DNA of 64,000 nt from an uncultured Nitrospiraceae bacterium. Lineage in GTDB: Bacteria > Nitrospirota > Nitrospiria > Nitrospirales > Nitrospiraceae. The translations under genes and the position numbers were made by a program. Of the stretch, positions 48,901 to 58,870 are shown piece after piece. The stretch is taken from assembly GCA_963706325.1 (NCBI GenBank), contig CAVPLT010000007.1, positions 32,001 through 96,000 of the forward strand, in the 5' to 3' direction. How positions within the stretch are numbered: position 1 is the first letter of the stretch; each line of letters starts with the position of its first letter. Below the pieces are notes generated by a model, which ran no database searches, was not told the DNA's origin, and saw only the letters and a program-made list of their open reading frames with translations.

Positions 48901-51900
48901 ATGGATACCATCAGAACCGCACACCCGCTTCACCTTCCCCGCAAGAAATCGTATGTGACCGATGGCCCGGTGGAGTTCTCGATGCCCCTCGCCGTCCATC
49001 CATCGAAGTTCGCAGAGAGGGTAGACCGCACGGATGGGCTATTGGCCCTCTTGCTGGGAATTGTAGTCGGCGTCGCCTGCCTGGTCATCGCGGATACCAT
49101 CCCCTCCTTCCTGCTGCAGTCGATAGACTTTTGGTTTGAGGCCGACACGCTCCGTGAAGTTTCAAACATGACCCGGGTCCACGCCAATCACTATCGGACA
49201 TCGGTGCATCCCCTCTTCTCGTTGCTCACCTTCATCCCGGTGTATGCCGTCAGACACGGTCTGTCGATGAGCCCGGTACAAGCCGTGCTGCTGGTAACGA
49301 GTGTGATCGGCGGCCTGTGGTCCGGAACACTGTATGTCCTGCTTCGCCTCCTGGGCTGCCGCAAGCCGGATGCCTTCGTCTTCACTCTGCTCGGGGTCTG
49401 CAGCGCCTCGGCGCTCTTCTGGCTGCCGGTTCCCAATTCATTTTCGTGGGGCTCGCTCACAATCATGTTCGCGCTCGTGCTGCTCTTGCTTGCCGAGCAA
49501 CGCACGTTCGGCGCCGCGGTGTATGTGGTGGCCAGCGCCCTCACGCTCAGCGTGACGGTTACCAACTGGATGGCCGGTTTATTGGTGACGCTGGTTCGGT
49601 GGCCCTGGAGGCAAGCTGCGCAGCTCTCTGTCAACGCCTTATGCTTGGTCGTGCTGCTGTGGGGGGTGCAGAAGGTCATCTTTCCCAGCGCAGAGTTTTT
49701 CATCGGCAGCCGAGGGGAGACGTCGTACATCAATCATCCGCAGGCAGGGACCGCAACTAACGTCGCCTCTTCGTTTGTGTTTCATAGCCTCATTGCGCCT
49801 GCCGTTCGGTTCATCAAGGACGACGCATACACCCAGATCAATGATGATTCGTTCCGCTTGTCTGAACGTCTGACATTCCAATTTTCAAGCCCGGGATCCG
49901 CAGGTCCGCTTGGCGTCATTGCCGTCGGCATATGGTCTGCGCTGCTCCTCAATGGATTGTGGCGATTGTTGACCCTGAGTGGTCACGTTCGGTTTCGGCT
50001 GGTGCTGGGGCTGTTGCTCGTTTCCGAACTCGCGCTGCACATGCTCTATGGGGAGGAAACGTTCACCTACAGTTTAAATTTTGTCCCTCTGCTCATCGCC
50101 GTTGCCGCGTTGGGTGCGCTCAGCCCAGGACGGCCGCTGGTGCTTGGTCTTGCCTCTCTCCTTGTCGTGTGCGCTGGCATTAATAACTGGCAGCAATTCA
50201 GGGGGGTGGTGGAGTCGGCCACGCAGTTCACACCGCAGCGCACGCTCATGACCAGCATGATGCGAAGCGATCCGGACCGGCTGTGGCCACGCTCAGTCGG
50301 CCATGTGCCTTTGGCCGTACCGGGAACTCCGGAGGGAGGCGCGGCCTACCACGAGCCCGGCGGGGACTTTAGTCCGCGTACCCCGAGTTTCGGCGTCTCG
50401 CTCTGGCTGTGCGATGACACTGGGCGTCCCGTGGTCAACAGTGAGACGGTGCCGCTCAGCGAAATCCAACAAAAATTTGCGCCGTCGACCCATCCGCAGG
50501 TCCCCAGCATCGCGACGCGGACACCGTACTATGACGCCACATGGTCACGGCTGGATGCCACACGTTGGGAGCTTCGGTTCAAGAATTACACGACGCATGT
50601 CCCCGCGATTCTCATCCGAAGCGTGGGTCCGGCGGGCGGCCCCGTGACCTCGCTGATCTGGAATGGCGCACAGGTGGCGGTGAACCACCGGTGGGCCGTG
50701 AGCGCAACGCCTTCTCCTGGCCTCGTTGTGTTGGGGGATGAAAATGCGGCGGAATGGATGACCGAACAGGTACCAGGCACCTCGTGGAGTGGCGAGTCGG
50801 GCTGGGGATACGCGCGTCTGACGTTTAGGGAGACATCGGCGAAGGTCGGCGACGAGATACGCGTGGTGTTGAGCGATCTCCAGCCTCAATTCGAAATGAA
50901 AGAATATTTCCCCAAGGCGCCGGAGCGAGCGCGCATGACGCTGCCCGACCCGCGCTTTCAGGCTTCTATGGATGCGCAGATCACTCACCTCATGATGAGT
51001 TTGGTCGATAATGAAACCAGACCCGGCGATCCGGTCCTTTTCTATCGCGCCTGGCACCGGCCGGGCGCGTACATTACGACCGGGCTTGCGCGCGCCGGAG
51101 ATCCCCACATCAGCCGGGTGCTGTCCACATTCCTTGCGACGCATGACTTCGGCGGCGGGTCCGGCGCGGAAGCCGATGCGCCAGGACTTGCGATTTGGGC
51201 GCTCACGGAGTCGGCCACCTACATCGCTGACCCTGTGCATGATGATTGGATCTGGCCGCATATCCTTCGGAAAACAGAATGGATTGAGCGCATGCTCACG
51301 GCCCGCGCTCCTGTTCCGGAGCCGTTTTCCAAACCTTCGCCACAAAACCTCAACCACGGGCGGCAGACCAGGACTGCTGTGCTGGCTCAGCCTACTCGTG
51401 ACGGCCTGATCGTCGGACGAGTTGGACAGGAATGGCCGCTACTCTACGTGAATGCCATCAGTTACCGTGGCCTGCTCGCCGCGGCTGACTTTGCCGACCG
51501 ACTCGGCAAGCGCCAGCATGCGGTGCGTTGGCGGACTCAGGCGCAGGCATTGAGAAAAAGCTGGGAACGACAGGCTCTGCCTGGCGCTCCTGACGCGCCC
51601 GTCTCATCCGCGTCTGTGTCGTCCGTCGTCCCTACCGCGTCCAGCCGCAATCAATTGGGACAACCGTTGCCCACGTATCGGCCGCCGGCCGACAATCGGG
51701 GTCCTGCGGGCGAATTGGCCCGCAGCCATCTGGCCTTACGGTCGGGGCAGCCACAAGCCGTGTGGGCCACGCTTCACCAACTCTGGAATCATCAGGCCTC
51801 ACCAGGCCTCTATACCTGGGATGCCCCGCGACCTCCGATAGAGGACGTCGTCGATGGATGGCAATTCGCGAGAGGATGGCACAATGAGTCGGTCATCTCG

Positions 51901-52194
51901 CCGGACTATGAGACAGCGGCTCTATTGTTGCAGTTGCAGCAAGACATGCTGGCCTATGTCGATGAGGCGGCGGCAGAACCCACGGTCGTGATTGGCGCTG
52001 GAGTCATCCCGTCCTGGCTCTCGCAACCGATGGTGGTGTCTGGCCTTGCGCTTCCCGGTGGTTCCGTTGATTGGCAATGGAATGGGCATGCGATGCGTGT
52101 CACTCTGCGCGGTCCATCTCGCCTGATTCGATTGGGCGCAGCCTTTCCCTCCGGCACCGAGTTCACCGTCGTACAGGGCTCACCGACTAGCTGA
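48901..52194 (+). CDS. Large fusion: polytopic membrane domain plus a six-hairpin glycosidase-like C-terminal domain
   Basis: About 11 hydrophobic segments in the first ~430 aa with an SVHPLF motif; soluble C-part with HEPGG.FSP, ETRPGDP..Y..W.R.GAY, EADAPG. Confidence 0.75.
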   Translation: MDTIRTAHPLHLPRKKSYVTDGPVEFSMPLAVHPSKFAERVDRTDGLLALLLGIVVGVACLVIADTIPSFLLQSIDFWFEADTLREVSNMTRVHANHYRTSVHPLFSLLTFIPVYAVRHGLSMSPVQAVLLVTSVIGGLWSGTLYVLLRLLGCRKPDAFVFTLLGVCSASALFWLPVPNSFSWGSLTIMFALVLLLLAEQRTFGAAVYVVASALTLSVTVTNWMAGLLVTLVRWPWRQAAQLSVNALCLVVLLWGVQKVIFPSAEFFIGSRGETSYINHPQAGTATNVASSFVFHSLIAPAVRFIKDDAYTQINDDSFRLSERLTFQFSSPGSAGPLGVIAVGIWSALLLNGLWRLLTLSGHVRFRLVLGLLLVSELALHMLYGEETFTYSLNFVPLLIAVAALGALSPGRPLVLGLASLLVVCAGINNWQQFRGVVESATQFTPQRTLMTSMMRSDPDRLWPRSVGHVPLAVPGTPEGGAAYHEPGGDFSPRTPSFGVSLWLCDDTGRPVVNSETVPLSEIQQKFAPSTHPQVPSIATRTPYYDATWSRLDATRWELRFKNYTTHVPAILIRSVGPAGGPVTSLIWNGAQVAVNHRWAVSATPSPGLVVLGDENAAEWMTEQVPGTSWSGESGWGYARLTFRETSAKVGDEIRVVLSDLQPQFEMKEYFPKAPERARMTLPDPRFQASMDAQITHLMMSLVDNETRPGDPVLFYRAWHRPGAYITTGLARAGDPHISRVLSTFLATHDFGGGSGAEADAPGLAIWALTESATYIADPVHDDWIWPHILRKTEWIERMLTARAPVPEPFSKPSPQNLNHGRQTRTAVLAQPTRDGLIVGRVGQEWPLLYVNAISYRGLLAAADFADRLGKRQHAVRWRTQAQALRKSWERQALPGAPDAPVSSASVSSVVPTASSRNQLGQPLPTYRPPADNRGPAGELARSHLALRSGQPQAVWATLHQLWNHQASPGLYTWDAPRPPIEDVVDGWQFARGWHNESVISPDYETAALLLQLQQDMLAYVDEAAAEPTVVIGAGVIPSWLSQPMVVSGLALPGGSVDWQWNGHAMRVTLRGPSRLIRLGAAFPSGTEFTVVQGSPTS

Positions 52195-52418
52195 GTCAGG
52201 CCCATCCACACCGCATGAACTGCCCACAGGGCCTTCTTGATTGAATATTCTGGCCCTGGCTTGGCTCACGCTGACGGTTCGAAAGGCGCCCAGAATCGCC
52301 CCTCCTGTTTGTGCCATCGCCTCGTAAATTCCGGCCGACCTTCTTGACCTATTATCATCTACAGCTTGACGCACTTTACTCTACAATAAGATAATGCGCC
52401 GGTCTCAGGGGGCCGGGC

Positions 52419-53312
52419 ATGGGACGAGTCAGTCGATATGCATGCAGTACCCTTGCGCTGTGTGGCGTCTTCCTGAGCGTCGCCTGCAGCGAGCCATCCA
52501 GTGATGCCTATTGCGACGCCAGTGCCCGCGACAATCAGCAGTCCCTCCAATTCCTCAACCAGGTACTCGAACGAAAGCGCAATAACACCGGGGTCTATCT
52601 CGCGCGGGCTCGGTGTCAGTATTTCCTCGGCTCCTATGCTCAAGCCGTGCAGGATGCAAGCGAAGTCATCAGCCGATTACCGAATCAGGCGGAGGCGCAC
52701 CTCATCCGCGCCAAGGCCGGCAAAATGCTCGGCCAGATTCCCCAGGCGTTGAACGATTATACGGCGGCGATCCGCCTGCACCCCACGGCCGATGCCTACT
52801 ATGGTCGCGGTTTGACTTACCTACGGGAATTTCAGGACAAGGATCGGGAAGCGCTCGAAGATTTCACCGCCGCCATCCGTCTCGATGCCAACCATGTCGG
52901 CGCTTATAAATCCCGCGCTGAGATTTACAGCCGTCACGATCAGTTTCAGAAGGCGCTCACGGATTCCGAGGTGGTGCTCAAACTCGATCCCGCCACGCCT
53001 CACGCCTACTGCAACGTCGGCTTTGCGCACTATGCGCTGGGTCACGACGGCGAAGGCCGCAACTTCCTCAATACCTGTTATCAGAAAGATCCTGAACCTC
53101 AAACGTGCGGGTACTACGAAACCGAAATCCGCAAAGTGCTCCTCGCGCGGCAGCCGAGATGGAACCGCGGCGGGGGGTATGCATCAGAGGCGCGTGAAAA
53201 GACGCCGCTCGATCGGGAACGCGAATACCAGCACAACTCGTATGAGAGTTTGAGGAATTCGGGATTTAATGATCGTGCGGAGGCCTGCCGGACGGATGGG
53301 TCGAAATGTTGA
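52419..53312 (+). CDS. TPR-repeat lipoprotein
   Basis: Lipobox SVAC; repeated A..DYT.AIRL.P units. Confidence 0.85.
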   Translation: MGRVSRYACSTLALCGVFLSVACSEPSSDAYCDASARDNQQSLQFLNQVLERKRNNTGVYLARARCQYFLGSYAQAVQDASEVISRLPNQAEAHLIRAKAGKMLGQIPQALNDYTAAIRLHPTADAYYGRGLTYLREFQDKDREALEDFTAAIRLDANHVGAYKSRAEIYSRHDQFQKALTDSEVVLKLDPATPHAYCNVGFAHYALGHDGEGRNFLNTCYQKDPEPQTCGYYETEIRKVLLARQPRWNRGGGYASEAREKTPLDREREYQHNSYESLRNSGFNDRAEACRTDGSKC

Positions 53313-53313
53313 G

Positions 53314-53471
53314 AGGGGGGCGGCGTGATCCCGTTCCCTTGCTCCCGGAACGCGCGCCCTCAGAAGGGCCTCGTTCGACGCGCGCAGTTGGAAACGAGGT
53401 CACGCCACCCCTTGAGGAAAAGGGTAACAGGCCGCGCACCATAGCACTGTGCTCGGCCCATGCGCGCAGTG
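53314..53471. repeat. REP-like long hairpin element plus a partial second copy
   Basis: GGGGCGGCGTGATC...GGTCACGCCACCCC outer stem, inner GCCCT/AGGGC; core CGCGC...CTCG...GCGCGCAGT repeated at 53430-53471. Confidence 0.65.
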
Positions 53472-53596
53472 AAGCTTAGCTACTTCTTTCGGCAAGCAGG
53501 GTAAGGAAGTTAGGCTTTTCATCCAGCGAGATCAACGAATGCTTCGGTATTTACGGCAAGGTTGCTAGAGCATAAGACAAATGCGGGGCGCATTTT

Positions 53597-54127
53597 GTGG
53601 AAAGAGTTAGAGTTGAAAAGCCGGCGGGTATCGAGTTAGCGGATGTCTCAAGTCTTCCAGAAGGCAACAGGCCTGAATACTACGCTGCAAAACAATTTCT
53701 GGAAATTTTCAACCGAGATCGTCAAGTGCCGTATGAGATTGATCTGCTTCAGGATTGTCCCGACGTGGCTTGTACGCCAGCGCCATTCTATATTGAGGTC
53801 GCAACCGTTTTTGATACCCCGACTGATGCGTCCAAGCTACTTGGCAGAGGTGAGGGAGTCGGCGATCTTCGTGAAATTCATGCAGCAATTCGACAAGTAA
53901 AGGGCATTCTAAGAGACAAAGCTTCAAAGAGATATGGGGTCGTCAATTGTATTCTGGTGATTCGGCATGGAGTTCCTATTTTCACTGGTCGAGACTTTCG
54001 TCGCTTTGTGGATAAGTTTATTATTCCCAAAACTCACGGCTTCGACGAGATTTATCTCCTGACGTTTCTTGAAACGAATGGATTGCTCACAGTGGGAGGG
54101 GACCTTCTTCGTCTTTTCCCTACTTGA
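53597..54127 (+). CDS. Hypothetical protein, AT-richer than flanks, possible PD-(D/E)XK fold
   Basis: 176-aa ORF with PDVAC...FYIEVAT, K..K.Y and FDEIYLL. Confidence 0.65.
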   Translation: MERVRVEKPAGIELADVSSLPEGNRPEYYAAKQFLEIFNRDRQVPYEIDLLQDCPDVACTPAPFYIEVATVFDTPTDASKLLGRGEGVGDLREIHAAIRQVKGILRDKASKRYGVVNCILVIRHGVPIFTGRDFRRFVDKFIIPKTHGFDEIYLLTFLETNGLLTVGGDLLRLFPT

Positions 54128-54375
54128 GAGGCAATGAAAAGGGAACAGCATTCTTCGGTGGAAGATCCCACATGGCCGATCCTCTCTAGAGATGTCGGCA
54201 TGAATGAAATTTTTCAAAGTCTTTAATGCTGCCGGTCAGGGAGGAGAATTGATCGCTCCTGCCTCGATCTGTCATCTGCTATAAACAATATAACTAGACC
54301 GGGCTGGAGGCGCGAACCTCGGTTGACAGTAGCCCGTAGCAATCGGTAGGCTAAAAAACTGTGGGAGGGCTAACG

Positions 54376-54672
54376 ATGGCACTTCTTCTCGCGTGTTACA
54401 TCATCTTTTCTTCAGTGATTCCTGCATCAGCGTTAGAGGGTTCTCAAACCACCGCGGCCTTGGTCATCAAGGCCGATGTCTTGTACTGGGAAGAGGGGGA
54501 ATTGATTGTCAAGGAATTCTCCGGCCACGAAGAGCGTCTGAAAGTGACCGCCGAAACAAAAATCGAGGGCGTGGTGGCCGGACGACTGAAAACCGGCGAC
54601 AAAATCGTCGCCCAGATTACGGACGATCGGCGCGCGCTGGTCATCACCTTACAGGTTCCGGACGCGAAGTAG
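54376..54672 (+). CDS. Small exported OB-fold-like protein
   Basis: SD GGAGG, signal peptide, G.E.RL.V..ETK..G..LKTGDKI.A. Confidence 0.78.
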   Translation: MALLLACYIIFSSVIPASALEGSQTTAALVIKADVLYWEEGELIVKEFSGHEERLKVTAETKIEGVVAGRLKTGDKIVAQITDDRRALVITLQVPDAK

Positions 54673-54807
54673 CGGCATCCCAGCCGTCCCGCGCTACATG
54701 CTGCGCTATCCGCATCGGCTGTTATGTATCTTCGCCGCCTATTTTCATTAGACTTCGGCTCCCATCGGACCGAGACTGAACTGCGGGTCACTCGAATGTT
54801 ACTTGTA

Positions 54808-54926
54808 GGACGTTAAGAATAGCCGTCCAGCGCGGCCGCAGCGAGTGAAGGGTCGAGGCGTACCCGCTGGGTACGTTGAGGGCCTAAACGATCAGAGAAC
54901 AAAGCTCGCGGGCTTTTGCAACATCC
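54808..54926. mobile_element. MITE/REP-like palindromic element
   Basis: Degenerate terminal inverted repeats GGACGTTAAGAA / TTTTGCAACATCC and central palindrome CGTACCC-GCT-GGGTACG (54859-54875); lies between convergent genes. Confidence 0.6.
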
Positions 54927-54928
54927 GT

Positions 54929-55651
54929 TTAGTCGAGTATCGAGAACGCGGCGACGAAGTACGGCCCCTTCGCAGCTTGCGCGCCTCTGATCCGCACCTC
55001 CGTGACATCATACACCCACCCGCCGACCAGCCAAGGATTGGGAGCCAGGTCTGACCAGTACCACCAGCTGCCATCCGTCTTTCTGAACCAGAATTGAATG
55101 GGCTCGGTTCCCGTGACTCTGATGATCGGCAAGTCGAAGACCCGTGGCTGGTGCGTCACTCGATCTTCCATCCAGATCTTAATCCAGTGATCCTTTCCAT
55201 GCGCGCCGAGCGTCCTTGGCTCATGGATCCAATCGGCCGCCACACAGTCATCTCCCACGGGCCGTCCATATCCTGCTCCTGGTCCGTCACCGGGATCGAC
55301 GAAGCAGGGCGTGAGCAGGCTCGGGCTCTCGAAGGTCAAATGGATGTGGCCGTAGGTCATGTCGTCCACATTGATGTAGTTGCTGAAGCAGCGATGACGG
55401 TAGGTCCAGCAGGCCTGGTGTGTGGACGGATCGCAGACCTCCAGGTCTCCGGATGCATTGATGCCGGTGGAGACGCCAAAGTTGCCGCGAGCCTGCCCAT
55501 AGATGTTGGTCAGGGCGAACGTATTATCGAAATCGACAAGACAGTCGCCGAGCCAATTGTGAGCCTCGGCAGGCGGAGCCGCTAGGAGCAGCCCGCTGAA
55601 CGCCACCGTCAGGCACAGCGTCGCCAGTGTGCCGATTCGTTTCTGGTTCAT
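54929..55651 (-). CDS. Secreted Cys/Trp-rich hypothetical protein
   Basis: SD AAGGA, signal peptide ending AEA, six Cys in the mature part. Confidence 0.78.
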   Translation of the reverse strand: MNQKRIGTLATLCLTVAFSGLLLAAPPAEAHNWLGDCLVDFDNTFALTNIYGQARGNFGVSTGINASGDLEVCDPSTHQACWTYRHRCFSNYINVDDMTYGHIHLTFESPSLLTPCFVDPGDGPGAGYGRPVGDDCVAADWIHEPRTLGAHGKDHWIKIWMEDRVTHQPRVFDLPIIRVTGTEPIQFWFRKTDGSWWYWSDLAPNPWLVGGWVYDVTEVRIRGAQAAKGPYFVAAFSILD

Positions 55652-55717
55652 GGTGTATTCCTTTCATGCTGTGATCTGAAAACCGCCTAATGGGCCGCCT
55701 GGTCCCGAGTCACGTGG

Positions 55718-56125
55718 TCACTTGATGACCGCGCCGGGCGCCGCTGCCTCCCGCAACCGTTGAAACGCCTGATTCCGCTCGACCTCCGGCAGAAGGAGGG
55801 CCGCATGGTGATATCGATCCACCAGGCGCTGCTTCTGCCGGAAGTTTGTGGCTTGTGTAATCTGTGTCAGTAGCCCCTCGAGGTCGACGCGCTCGGAGGG
55901 AATGTGCTGAGGCCGTGAGGACTCCGCCAACATGGCGCGCACTTCTTCGTCGCTCGCTTGACGAGGACCCTGCACGGTTTGTCCGGCTTCGCCGAGCGGC
56001 CCGCCCGGCACGAATTGGTGAGGCGGAGGAGGGACGCATCCAAATGAAACCATCATGCAGAGCAGGAGCCATCGCATTGGTCGCCCCGCGTGGCGGAGTT
56101 GAGGCCTATATGAACCAGCATGCAT
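55718..56125 (-). CDS. Putative lipoprotein
   Basis: SD AGGAGG, hydrophobic stretch with SFGC lipobox followed by a Pro run. Confidence 0.65.
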   Translation of the reverse strand: MHAGSYRPQLRHAGRPMRWLLLCMMVSFGCVPPPPHQFVPGGPLGEAGQTVQGPRQASDEEVRAMLAESSRPQHIPSERVDLEGLLTQITQATNFRQKQRLVDRYHHAALLLPEVERNQAFQRLREAAAPGAVIK

Positions 56126-56436
56126 CATGACCTCCTGTTCATTCTGTTCTCGACTGACGCTGTCAGGCGCCTGTGTTCGTGTGGCGATTCCACCAATCGG
56201 GAAAAGCAAACTTTGCGCCATTCCTAAGTCCAGGATGTATCCGCGCGAAATAACAATCGCTTGGACGTCTGCTGGCAACATCACCTGGGGCATGATGCTG
56301 AGGCGGGTATCAGAGTAGATACAGACTACGTATCCCATTCGATACTGGTGAGTAAGCGGCGGAGTGTGAGGGATCGACAGTCAAATGGCAGATGGCATAG
56401 TCTAAGTGTCTTTCTGATAGCCGAGTGGGACAGAAG

Positions 56437-56907
56437 ATGGGCTCCAAAAAACTCAGCGCGGGGATTGTGCTCTACCGACTGTGTCACGAGGAGATCGAAG
56501 TCTTTCTCGTTCATCCCGGTGGGCCGTTCTGGGTCAAGAAAGATGCGGGCGCCTGGTCGATTCCGAAGGGCGAGTATGAGACCGGAGAAGAGCCGCTCAC
56601 GGTCGCCAAGCGAGAGTTTCAGGAGGAAACCGGCTTTCCAGTCAAAGGGACCTGTCATCCACTGACCGCGTTGAAACAACCGAGCGGAAAAGTGGTCTCG
56701 GCCTGGGCGGTAAAAGGGGACGTAGATGCCGCCGCCTTGACGAGTAATACCTTCACGCTGGAATGGCCTCCTAAGTCCGGCAGAACCCGGGAGTTCCCAG
56801 AGGTGGATCGCGGAGGCTGGTTCGATCTGTCGACGGCGCGAGCCAAAATACAGGCGGGCCAGCGGGGCTTTCTGGATCAGCTTGAGCAGTGGAGACAGGG
56901 CATGTGA
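56437..56907 (+). CDS. NUDIX hydrolase
   Basis: LVHPGGPFW, WSIPKGE, AKREFQEETG (Nudix box), FPEVDR. Confidence 0.92.
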   Translation: MGSKKLSAGIVLYRLCHEEIEVFLVHPGGPFWVKKDAGAWSIPKGEYETGEEPLTVAKREFQEETGFPVKGTCHPLTALKQPSGKVVSAWAVKGDVDAAALTSNTFTLEWPPKSGRTREFPEVDRGGWFDLSTARAKIQAGQRGFLDQLEQWRQGM

Positions 56908-56997
56908 GATGTCATCGATCAGATATCCACTCAGTTGACTCCATCGCAGCGGCTGAGTAGCTTGGTTGTTTCCCTAACATGCACGTCCTAAAAGGAG

Positions 56998-58029
56998 ATG
57001 CCGACTATGCCGACTCAGAACCAGGCTGGAGGTCCCACGCCTGAATTATTTTTTCAGACGGCCAATGCCTATCAGCGCTCCCACGCACTCAAGGCAGCCA
57101 TCGATTTGGATCTGTTCACCGCCATTGCGGAAGGCAAGGATACTGTCCCAGTCCTCGCCGAACGCTGTGGTGCGGCGGCGCGAGGGATCCGGATCCTGGC
57201 AGATTTTCTGACGATTCAGGGGCTCGTGACCAAAGAAAACAACTGCTACAGACTCACGCCGGATTCCGCACTCTTTTTGGATCGAAAATCTCCCGCTTAT
57301 CTAGGGTCTGCGTTGGGCTTTCTCCATGCGCCTAAGTTTACGGAGGCATTTCAAAATCTTACCGATGCCGTCCGCAAGGGAGGCACCGTCTCAGGCGAGG
57401 CCGGAACCGTAGCCCCCGAACATCCTCTCTGGGTAGAGTTTGCCAAGTCCATGATTCCTCTGATGGCCAAACCGGCACAGGAGATCGCGCTGCTGGTGCA
57501 GCAGATTCGGCCGGCGGTGAAACAAGTCTTGGACATCGCGGCGGGGCATGGGCTCTTTGGAATCGAAATAGCAAAACGTTGTCCGACTGCGGAGATTGTG
57601 GCGCTCGATTGGCCCAATGTGCTCGCCGTGGCGCAGGGGTTTGCCCGTCAGGCCGCGGTGCAGGACCGCTACCGGGTGATCGCCGGTGACGCGTTTCAAC
57701 AGGATTTGGGAAGCGGCTACGATCTGGTGCTGCTGACAAATTTCCTCCATCATTTCTCCTTGGCCGGCTGCGAAACGCTGCTCCGCAAGATCCACCGCTG
57801 CCTTGCGCCGGGCGGACGTGTGATCACGTTAGAGTTCGTGCCCAATGACGATCGAGTGTCGCCGCCCATGGTCGCTGAATTCAGCCTGATCATGTTGGCG
57901 ACAACACCGGAAGGGGATGCCTACACGGTGAAGGAATACGAACAGGTTTTCCGAGCAGCGGGTTTTTCACGAACTGAACTACAAACCCTGCCAGGCTCCA
58001 TGGAACAGGTGCTAGTCTCTTTCAAATAG
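56998..58029 (+). CDS. O-methyltransferase family 2 protein with dimerisation domain
   Basis: AAIDLDLFT, VLDIAAGHG, AGDAF, NFLHHF, LAPGGR. Confidence 0.9.
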   Translation: MPTMPTQNQAGGPTPELFFQTANAYQRSHALKAAIDLDLFTAIAEGKDTVPVLAERCGAAARGIRILADFLTIQGLVTKENNCYRLTPDSALFLDRKSPAYLGSALGFLHAPKFTEAFQNLTDAVRKGGTVSGEAGTVAPEHPLWVEFAKSMIPLMAKPAQEIALLVQQIRPAVKQVLDIAAGHGLFGIEIAKRCPTAEIVALDWPNVLAVAQGFARQAAVQDRYRVIAGDAFQQDLGSGYDLVLLTNFLHHFSLAGCETLLRKIHRCLAPGGRVITLEFVPNDDRVSPPMVAEFSLIMLATTPEGDAYTVKEYEQVFRAAGFSRTELQTLPGSMEQVLVSFK

Positions 58030-58051
58030 CAAAGGGGGGGCGGCGGCGTCT

Positions 58052-58700
58052 TTATTGGGGAGACGCAAAATGCGTTGCGAGTTCGGCCCGGGTCGTGACA
58101 CGTGTTCGCTTTGCGAGGCGTTTCAGGTCGTCGACCTTCGATCCAAAGGAACCGCTCGCGACGACTACCTCTCTTCGGTGGCGGGCGATTAACAGAGAAT
58201 GCAGCTGAGTACGACTCTGTAGAGACGGGGCAATTCCAGAGATCGCTGCCTCAAATTCGACGGCATCCTTTTCGGTATCCCAGCTCGTAAGCCAGGCCAT
58301 CTCACGCCCGTTCTTGCATTCAGCGGCAATCCATCGGTCCCCATCCCATCCATCCCATACCCTTTGTGTTACCGTTGAGTCGAGATCAAGAAGCCACAAC
58401 GACAGCGTGAGTTCTCCATCGTATCTTGACAGAGCAGGCGGCACCCTTCCGTTTCGACCAGTCGTGCAAACTTGGACAGATCGATAACCTGAAAATCGCG
58501 TCTTCCCTGACTTTCGACGTGGAGGATCTGTTCCGTCGATGCGGGAGGTGACTCTAATCCTTCCTTCCCCTCGTGATAAGCAAATCGGTAACCATGTATT
58601 CGTCTCAACGGACCTTTCTTCATTTCTCGTGTGATGACTCTGATTCCGTTCTCGATCGATGCCGAGCCCGGAGTGTTTGGGGCGGCACTGAAGCCCACCA
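58052..58700 (-). pseudogene. Fragmented remnant of an exported protein (PxSTEQILH / GWDGD family)
   Basis: PPASTEQILH in one frame; GELTL, WDGWDGDRW and WLTSWDTEKDAVEF in another; no intact N-terminus. Confidence 0.6.
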
Positions 58701-58870
58701 GGAATGATCAGATCAATGACATTCTGGAGTGGAGCGACGGACGATTACGTTGAGACATACGGGCGAGCGGTCAGAAGCATTTCCACCTCAGCTCGATCCT
58801 AAAACAACGGCCACGAAAGCAGTCGACAAATAGGGAGTCGTGTCACCCCTATCTTCTGGAGGCCTAATCC

